A stretch of DNA of 64,000 nucleotides, taken from the NCBI GenBank assembly GCA_937936465.1, contig CALDDH010000003.1, positions 50,763 to 114,762 of the forward strand. Reading direction: 5' to 3'. This stretch comes from an uncultured Mycoplasmatales bacterium. GTDB lineage: Bacteria; Bacillota_I; Bacilli_A; UBA3375. The notes under the pieces are model-generated. The model saw only the letters and a list, made by a program, of their open reading frames with translations. It was not told the origin of the DNA and did no database searches. Below are positions 57,717 through 64,000 of the stretch, in pieces (positions within the stretch are counted from its first letter, which is position 1; each line of letters opens with the position of its first letter). The position numbers and the translations under genes are program-made.

Positions 57717-58639
57717 TTTTTCCTTTTAGTAATAATAGATCCAAAAAAGATTAATATAAAGTTTACCAAGTATAATGGCCATAAAAATGTATAAATATAT
57801 TTTGATTCTAAATATTTATTCTCCATAAAAATAAATATAGTTGTAATAATTAAATAATTAATCAATATTTGATGTGCATCAAGAAAAATATTAAATATTA
57901 GTAAAATCATTATAAAAATATATGAAAATAGTAATAATGAATTGATTTTTTTAATGTTTCTTAATCCATAATTTATATTTTTAGACCAACCTTCATAAAG
58001 TTCTCGATAAGACTTATACATATGGATTTTTAAACTTTTACTTTTAAATATTTTTATTTCTCCTACTTTAACAATTTCTTTAGCAAGTTCTAAATCTTCA
58101 ACTATTTGATCTTGAATTATTTTATGCATTCCAACTTCTTTGTATAACTTATCACTTATTAAATAAAACCCTCCAAATAATTCTTGATTTGTATTCAAAA
58201 AATGAAAATTCAAGTATAAAATTTGCTGGAAAAATAGTGAGAAATTTTCTATTAAACCTTGGTTAACAAATTTTGGTATTGTTGTGTATACTTGCTTAGA
58301 TGTTTTTTTATTTACAATTTTTTCTATCTCAGAAATATCAAGGTTGTATACATCTGCATCTAAAAAACATAATTCACTGTGTATGGCATGAGCGTACCCT
58401 TCAATTATCGCATTACTTTTTCCAATTATTTCATTATCAATTTTTTGATCAATTTCAATAATATTGGCATTTGGATAATTATCCTGCATAAATTTCAAAC
58501 TTCCATCAACAGATATATCATCAATTAATATTAATTGATGACCATTATTTAAAATATTATGATAATCAGTCAGTGTTTTATGTAAATTATTTATTTCATC
58601 ACGAACTGGAATAATAAATGTTATTTTTTTATTAGGCAT
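57695..58639 (-). CDS. family-2 glycosyltransferase with a C-terminal TM region, CrtQ-like
   Basis: TFIIPVRDE, LILIDDISVDGS, GKSNA..EG, CFLDADV, MYKSYRELYEGWSKN, ...KKWKGRIY. Each block parallels S. aureus CrtQ as I recall it. Confidence 0.7.
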   Translation of the reverse strand: MPNKKITFIIPVRDEINNLHKTLTDYHNILNNGHQLILIDDISVDGSLKFMQDNYPNANIIEIDQKIDNEIIGKSNAIIEGYAHAIHSELCFLDADVYNLDISEIEKIVNKKTSKQVYTTIPKFVNQGLIENFSLFFQQILYLNFHFLNTNQELFGGFYLISDKLYKEVGMHKIIQDQIVEDLELAKEIVKVGEIKIFKSKSLKIHMYKSYRELYEGWSKNINYGLRNIKKINSLLLFSYIFIMILLIFNIFLDAHQILINYLIITTIFIFMENKYLESKYIYTFLWPLYLVNFILIFFGSIITKRKKWKGRIY

Positions 58640-58640
58640 A

Positions 58641-59120
58641 CTAATCCTTTTGTTTCTTTGCTTGTAAAAAATTATTGACTTCTATCGGTACTAAGTGCTT
58701 TATAGAATGATTAAATACTAATAATTCTTTAACAACACTTGAAGATATGTGAATATTAATTGGATTAGAAAAGATTAAAATAGTTTCTATATTTGAATTT
58801 AAATATTTATTATTATAATTCAAACTTTGTTCAAAACCAAAATCATGATTATTTCTAACACCTTTAGCAATTAAATTAATTTTATTTTTTGTGCAATAAT
58901 CAACAACTAAATCTTCAGTTGTATCAATAAAGACATTTTCCAAATTAACTACTTTGCTAATTAAATCTTTCCTTTCGTTAATTGTTAAAAATTCTTCTTT
59001 ACTAAAATTAATGCCAATTACAATATGAACTTCTTCAAACATTTGACTTAATCGCTTGATAATATCTAAATGACCATTAGTTATTGGATCAAAACTTCCC
59101 GGAAAAACAATCTTATGCAT
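58641..59120 (-). CDS. coaD: phosphopantetheine adenylyltransferase
   Basis: VFPGSFDPITNGHLDII. Confidence 0.93.
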   Translation of the reverse strand: MHKIVFPGSFDPITNGHLDIIKRLSQMFEEVHIVIGINFSKEEFLTINERKDLISKVVNLENVFIDTTEDLVVDYCTKNKINLIAKGVRNNHDFGFEQSLNYNNKYLNSNIETILIFSNPINIHISSSVVKELLVFNHSIKHLVPIEVNNFLQAKKQKD

Positions 59121-59124
59121 TTTC

Positions 59125-59664
59125 TTAACTCCTTTTGTTTAACTGATAAAAATAAAAACTACTTTTACCATATTTTTTAAGTTTATCTTGTTTAAACAAA
59201 TCAAACTCCAAGTCTTTTCTTGAAGAAAACTCTAAAATAACTATTGTATCAGGGTTACAAATTGTAATTAACTTTTCAAATACATTAGTTAATTGATTTA
59301 TATCCATTTCATATGGTGGGTCTAAAAAGATAAAATCAAATTTCTTTTTATTATATTGTAAATAAGTTGTTACATCTTGGTTCATAAATTTAATATTATT
59401 TGGAATTTTTTTACTATTTTCTAAATAACATCTTTTACTTTCTTTGGAGTTATCAACACTTGTAACATCTTTTGCTCCTCTTGATGTGGCTTCAAAACTC
59501 ATTGATAATGAACCAGCAAATAAATCTAAGAAACTTTTATCAATAATATCAAATTGTAATATATTAAATAAACTTTCTTTTGCATTATCCTTTGTTGGTC
59601 TTATTGTATCGCCTTTTGGTGAAACTAATTTTCTTCCCCTTAATTTTCCAGCTATAACTCTCAT
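59125..59664 (-). CDS. rsmD: 16S rRNA m2G966 methyltransferase
   Basis: MRVIAGKLRGRKL, DLFAGS, FLDPPY. Confidence 0.9.
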   Translation of the reverse strand: MRVIAGKLRGRKLVSPKGDTIRPTKDNAKESLFNILQFDIIDKSFLDLFAGSLSMSFEATSRGAKDVTSVDNSKESKRCYLENSKKIPNNIKFMNQDVTTYLQYNKKKFDFIFLDPPYEMDINQLTNVFEKLITICNPDTIVILEFSSRKDLEFDLFKQDKLKKYGKSSFYFYQLNKRS

Positions 59665-59672
59665 AAAACTCC

Positions 59673-59855
59673 TTATTTAATAAATAAATCAATTACTATA
59701 TATATTATTAATCCAATTAATATTATTCGATGAATTAATAATTCAAGTTTTATTTTTTTATTTTTATTTTTCATTTTGACAAGTATTTCACTTAGTACTT
59801 CAATATAATTTAGTTCATCATAGTTTTTCATCTCGATTAACCCCATATTCTGCAA
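59673..59855 (-). CDS. possible small tail-anchored membrane protein
   Basis: 60-aa ORF with a C-terminal TM (IILIGLIIYIVIDLF). Overlaps the ybeY 3' end by 38 nt. No homology recognised. Confidence 0.25.
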   Translation of the reverse strand: MQNMGLIEMKNYDELNYIEVLSEILVKMKNKNKKIKLELLIHRIILIGLIIYIVIDLFIK

Positions 59856-60690
59856 GCAATTTTTCTTGCATTATATTCATTTCCTTTTCTTCTTTTTCAT
59901 CTAAATGATCATATCCTAATAAATGTAAATATCCATGTGTAATTAAAAATAATAGCTCTCTTTTAATAGAGTGATTATATTCTTTTGCTTGAATAAGCAT
60001 TTGAGGATAACAAATAATTATATCACCTAAATAATTTTGTTGCCCATCAACAAACGTTAATACATCTGTAACTTTATTAATATTACGAAACTCTTGATTT
60101 AATTCCTGGATTTTATCATTAGACACAAAAACAATTGACAATTCTTTGCCAAGTTGTTTCATACAAACTTCCAAGTACTTCACATATCCATTTATTTCAA
60201 TTTCATCAAATTGATATTCATATTGATTAACAATATTGATATGAGTCGCATTGTGTTTACAATCAATATTTTTACAAACATGGCACTTAAGTTCTTTACA
60301 TTGATTACAACAACCAAAAAATTCAATTTTCGAATCATGAACTAAATAATTATACTTATTTTTGATTAATACATCTAAACAATTTAAACCAGGTACATCA
60401 ACGTTATAAAACTGATGACAAGTAGTACATATAAAATGACCATGAATATTACCATTATATTCAAAGAATTTTGTTGAACCAACGTAAAATTCCTTAACAA
60501 TTTTTTCATTAATTAAAACTTCTAAATTATTATACATCGTAGAAATATTTCCTTCACCCGTTAATTGCATTAGATTATCAAAATCATAATGTTCTTCAAT
60601 GTTACTAGTAAAAATTTCAATTAATTTCTTACGTGATGCAGTTAACCTGTATCCTTTGCCTTGAAGACTTCTTTCAATTTTATGCGGCAT
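59818..60690 (-). CDS. ybeY: Fur-family regulator fused to YbeY endoribonuclease
   Basis: N-terminal half: GYRLTASRKKLIEIF, STMYNNLEVLINEKIV, HGHFICTTCHQF, GCCNQCKE. Linker: LKCHVCKNIDCKH. C-terminal half: TDVLTF and HGYLHLLGYDH. AAAGGAGG lies 4 nt before the ATG at 60690 (MPHKIERS). Confidence 0.8.
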   Translation of the reverse strand: MPHKIERSLQGKGYRLTASRKKLIEIFTSNIEEHYDFDNLMQLTGEGNISTMYNNLEVLINEKIVKEFYVGSTKFFEYNGNIHGHFICTTCHQFYNVDVPGLNCLDVLIKNKYNYLVHDSKIEFFGCCNQCKELKCHVCKNIDCKHNATHINIVNQYEYQFDEIEINGYVKYLEVCMKQLGKELSIVFVSNDKIQELNQEFRNINKVTDVLTFVDGQQNYLGDIIICYPQMLIQAKEYNHSIKRELLFLITHGYLHLLGYDHLDEKEEKEMNIMQEKLLAEYGVNRDEKL

Positions 60691-60700
60691 AATTCCTCCT

Positions 60701-61291
60701 TTAAATTTTTTGTGCACTTTCAATCGATTTAATCAATGTTATTTCATCAAGATATTCAAGTGATGATCCGACCGGAACACCTTGAGCCATTTTAGAGAAA
60801 TTTAAATTATATTCAACTAATTTATGTCTTAAATAAGCACTTGTAATCTCTCCTTCATTTGTTGATGGTAAGACTAAAACTATTTCTTGATATTTATTAT
60901 CTTTTATTTTATCCTTTAATAATTGTAAATTTAAATCCTTTTCAGTTAATCCATTAATTGGATCAATAATTCCACCAAGAACAAAATAATAATAAATACC
61001 TGGCATGACATTTTCAATTTTTAAAATATCTTTAGCTTTTGCTACTAACACTAGTTTATCATGATTACGATCATGATCTAAACATATATAACAAATTTCA
61101 TCTTCACTATAACCCTGACATTTGGAACAACGATTAATTTCTTTAATAGCATTCATTGCTTCAATTAATAGATTTATATTATCTTGATTAGTTTCAATCA
61201 AATCAAAAGCATATCTACTTGCTGTCTTTTCACCGACTCCCGGTAATATCTTAATTGCTTCCACTAATTGTTGAATTTTTTTAATTTCCAT
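60701..61291 (-). CDS. recR: recombination protein RecR
   Basis: LPGVGEKTASRYAF HhH, C4 zinc finger CSKCQGYSEDEICYIC, Toprim. Confidence 0.94.
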   Translation of the reverse strand: MEIKKIQQLVEAIKILPGVGEKTASRYAFDLIETNQDNINLLIEAMNAIKEINRCSKCQGYSEDEICYICLDHDRNHDKLVLVAKAKDILKIENVMPGIYYYFVLGGIIDPINGLTEKDLNLQLLKDKIKDNKYQEIVLVLPSTNEGEITSAYLRHKLVEYNLNFSKMAQGVPVGSSLEYLDEITLIKSIESAQKI

Positions 61292-61299
61292 TTTCCCGC

Positions 61300-62706
61300 C
61301 TATATGTAATTTAATGGGTCTTGTTGAACTCCATTTTGATGAACTTCAAAATGGACATGTTCACCCGTTACATTTCCTGTTGCTCCTTCATATCCAATAA
61401 CTTGTCCCTGTTCAACACTTTCTCCAACTGATACAGGTGGTGTACTTGCCATGTGTGCATATAATGTTTCATATCCATTTTGATGATCGACTACAACATG
61501 ATTACCATATGCTCCACCCCAACCTGCTGTTTTAACAACTCCATTATCAGCAGCGTAAATTGGTGCACCATACCAAGATTGAATATCAACACCACCATGA
61601 CCGCTATAGCAGTAAAAATCACATGTTATTGAAGTTGATGATCCCGGCCAAGCAAAATCCCCTGTTCCAACACCAGGAACTTCATAAGTTCCTTCTAAAG
61701 TAATTTTATTAATTGATTGTTCAATTACTTCAGAATTACTTTTTTCAGTGTATTGATTAACACCATTTGTTTGTTTAGTTGTATATGTAACTAACTCTGA
61801 TCCATTTTTACCTTTTTGAATAACTTCTGTGTCACCAATATCTAAATCATCTGTTTTTTTAACTTCTTTTCTGTATTTAACTGTTTCCTTTTTTTCTTCT
61901 TCATAATAAACCGATAAATCAACAATTGGATCTAATTGATTAACAATAATTTCTTGACCTAAATATAAAATGGTTTGATTATCAACATCAGGATTATTTA
62001 ATGATAACTCTAAATCATTTATTTTATTTTTTTTCTGAATTTGATCAAGACTTTGATTTTCAGTTATTGTTGCATATTTTTTTTCCTGATCACCATGTAG
62101 AACATAAAATAATAAATCTTCTTTATTATCAATTATTTTACTACCTGGGACGTATGTTTCTTCAACTGTAATATTATTTTCTAATTTCATATCTTTGTAT
62201 TCACGGCCATTTTGTGTATATGATTGAAAATCACCTGTATCTATGAAATATTCAGCTTTAGTATTATCTGGAATAATTGTTTTTAATACTTGCTCTTGAA
62301 CCCACTCCAAATCTTCTTTGTTTTTTATATAGACCTTTTCTTTTCCATCGATCGTAATTTGATAACCTTCATTTAATTCATATGTATTTTCTTCGACATA
62401 CTTTTCAACTTCTTGATTAGACTGATCTGTAGTATTATAATTTAATAAAGATCCTGTTTGATTAACTGTCGTATTATACATTATATCATCCGTCGTATTT
62501 AAATCCATATTATTTTGACTATTAATTTCTTGGTTATCATTTTCTTGTGTTACACCAATTAATTGATCTTCATCATAAACATATGCTGTTTGATAAATTT
62601 GTGGATAAAACATTTCAGTCGGAGAATTAAATATTCCAAGTATTAAAACTAATATAAAACTAAATATAATTTGTATAATATTTTTTCTTACCTTTAAAAA
62701 ATGCAT
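61300..62706 (-). CDS. secreted G5-domain M23 metallopeptidase
   Basis: N-terminal TM/signal; G5 block (...VIQKGKNGSELVTYTTKQTNG...); M23 motifs HGGVD, NHVVVDH, GEHVHFEV. Confidence 0.85.
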   Translation of the reverse strand: MHFLKVRKNIIQIIFSFILVLILGIFNSPTEMFYPQIYQTAYVYDEDQLIGVTQENDNQEINSQNNMDLNTTDDIMYNTTVNQTGSLLNYNTTDQSNQEVEKYVEENTYELNEGYQITIDGKEKVYIKNKEDLEWVQEQVLKTIIPDNTKAEYFIDTGDFQSYTQNGREYKDMKLENNITVEETYVPGSKIIDNKEDLLFYVLHGDQEKKYATITENQSLDQIQKKNKINDLELSLNNPDVDNQTILYLGQEIIVNQLDPIVDLSVYYEEEKKETVKYRKEVKKTDDLDIGDTEVIQKGKNGSELVTYTTKQTNGVNQYTEKSNSEVIEQSINKITLEGTYEVPGVGTGDFAWPGSSTSITCDFYCYSGHGGVDIQSWYGAPIYAADNGVVKTAGWGGAYGNHVVVDHQNGYETLYAHMASTPPVSVGESVEQGQVIGYEGATGNVTGEHVHFEVHQNGVQQDPLNYI

Positions 62707-62714
62707 ATTCTCTC

Positions 62715-64000
62715 CTAATAATCAATATTATCGACTGAAACAAAACGGTTGATTTCTTTGTGAAATTTAAATTCTATTTCACCTGTTGAACCATTACGAT
62801 GTTTAACAATATTTACCTCAGTCTTACCATCATATATTTCATCATCTTGACTTCCTTCATCATCTGAATAGTATTCAGGTCTATACATCATCATAATAAT
62901 ATCTGCATCTTGTTCAATTGCTCCCGATTCGCGAATATCACTCATCATTGGCTTTTTATTTGTTCTTTGTTCAACACCACGTGACAATTGACTTAAAGCA
63001 ATAATTGGAATATTAAGTTCTTTTGCAAGACCTTTTAATTCACGTGATATTTCTGATACTTCTTGTTGACGATTATCAATTTTACGAGCAGTAGTTATTA
63101 ACTGTAAGTAATCAATAACAATCATATCTAAACCTTGTTCAATTTTCAATTTACGACTTTTACTTTTCAAATCACCAATTTTAATTCCTGCTGTATCGTC
63201 AATAAAGAAATTTAATTTTGATAAATTATCAATTCCTTGGTTAAACATTGTTTGTTCTTCTTTATTTAAAAATCCTGTTTTTATTTTCTGAATTTCTACT
63301 CGTGATTCAGAAGCTGATAGTCTAGTTAGTAATTGTTCAGCACTCATCTCTAAAGAAAAAAATGCAACTCGAGCATTATTATTTTCTTTTGATTTAGCTA
63401 CATTACCAGCTAAATTTAAAGCAAATGCTGTCTTACCAACTGAAGGCCTTGCCGCTAAAATAATTAAATCTGACTTTTGAAAACCAGATAATTTATTATC
63501 TAAATTAGTAAAACCTGTGTGAAGACCAGTTATTCTTGTCCCTTTTTTTGCGATTCTTTCTAAAACTTGATTATATGTAACTGATAATAAATTTTGCCAG
63601 TTAACGAAATCATCACTTCGTGTTAGTTTAGATAGATCAAATATTTCAGTCTCTGCATATTCAACAAGTTCATTAACATCAGAAGTTAAGTATGCCTCAT
63701 CAATTATATTACTTGCTCTTTTTAAAGTTTCACGAATTAAATACTTTTCATAAATTATTTTTGCATATTCTAAAGCGTTCTCACTTGTGGGAATTGAATC
63801 AGCAAGTTTAACTAAATATTCTCCTCCACCAATCTTCTCTAAAATATTTTTAGTTTTAAAGAAATCATGAGCACTAAGTACATCAATTATTTTTTTTTGA
63901 GCAATCATCTCTAGAAAACCAGTATAAATTTCTTGGTTAATATGATTATAAAAGTAGTATGGTTGAATAACCTCTAAAATTTGTTGGAGTTTTTCACTAT
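62715..64000 (-). CDS. dnaB: replicative DNA helicase DnaB (N-terminus beyond window end)
   Basis: AARPSVGKTAFALN Walker A, IVIDYLQL, SQLSRGVEQR. The frame stays open to nt 64000. Confidence 0.94.
   Translation of the reverse strand, partial: SEKLQQILEVIQPYYFYNHINQEIYTGFLEMIAQKKIIDVLSAHDFFKTKNILEKIGGGEYLVKLADSIPTSENALEYAKIIYEKYLIRETLKRASNIIDEAYLTSDVNELVEYAETEIFDLSKLTRSDDFVNWQNLLSVTYNQVLERIAKKGTRITGLHTGFTNLDNKLSGFQKSDLIILAARPSVGKTAFALNLAGNVAKSKENNNARVAFFSLEMSAEQLLTRLSASESRVEIQKIKTGFLNKEEQTMFNQGIDNLSKLNFFIDDTAGIKIGDLKSKSRKLKIEQGLDMIVIDYLQLITTARKIDNRQQEVSEISRELKGLAKELNIPIIALSQLSRGVEQRTNKKPMMSDIRESGAIEQDADIIMMMYRPEYYSDDEGSQDDEIYDGKTEVNIVKHRNGSTGEIEFKFHKEINRFVSVDNIDY

Noticed and set aside
62978-63046. 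CACGTG cores at 62978-62983 and 63041-63046 as candidate parS sites (consensus TGTTNCACGTGAAACA). I also scanned the parB coding region by eye.
   Set aside because: The flanks match the consensus at 5 of 10 flank positions or fewer. No convincing parS was found in the window. This was a visual scan only, so a pattern search should confirm it.

Overview
Very AT-rich bacterial chromosome segment. It uses the standard code: TGG encodes Trp, and TGA is a stop, as in the ATGA overlap of uppS and cdsA at 9249-9252. That excludes a code-4 mycoplasma and fits an Acholeplasma- or Erysipelotrichia-like low-GC lineage. About 69 genes are densely packed, and all but two (def and an Rpf-like gene) lie on the minus strand. 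Most are housekeeping genes: recG'-yloV-yloU, ppiase, proS, rseP, dxr-cdsA-uppS, PTS EIICB, ABC-F, gmk, rel, apt, yajC, rsmA, rnmV, uvrA, eno, mscS, parB-parA-noc-like-rsmG, mgtE, xer, galU-ispF-rbfA-lepA-rpsT, def, aspS-hisS, rpsP, tdk, mnmG, serS, tadA, coaD, rsmD, recR and dnaB'. I saw no rRNA, tRNA, CRISPR array or transposase. The accessory or unusual content is as follows. (1) A tandem array of four secreted streptogrisin/alpha-lytic-like S1 proteases without pro-domains; in one copy the start codon is out of frame with its signal peptide and the catalytic Asp is lost. (2) A single ORF fusing a Fur-family regulator to the YbeY endoribonuclease. (3) A crtQ-like glycosyltransferase and crtO-like acyltransferase pair, followed by two unknown membrane-anchored proteins and tspO (crtK). 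(4) A small secreted protein, possibly lactococcin-972-like, with its own terminator, upstream of a MacB/FtsX-type ABC pair. (5) A type II m5C restriction-modification pair sitting among housekeeping genes. (6) A ParB/Noc paralogue that has lost the GERR CTP-binding box. (7) Two G5-domain peptidoglycan hydrolases. I did not recognise a clear new multi-gene defence system. All calls rest on reading motifs by eye, with no database search, so family assignments for non-housekeeping genes are hypotheses. Several ORF-track starts are trimmed here on RBS and promoter evidence.
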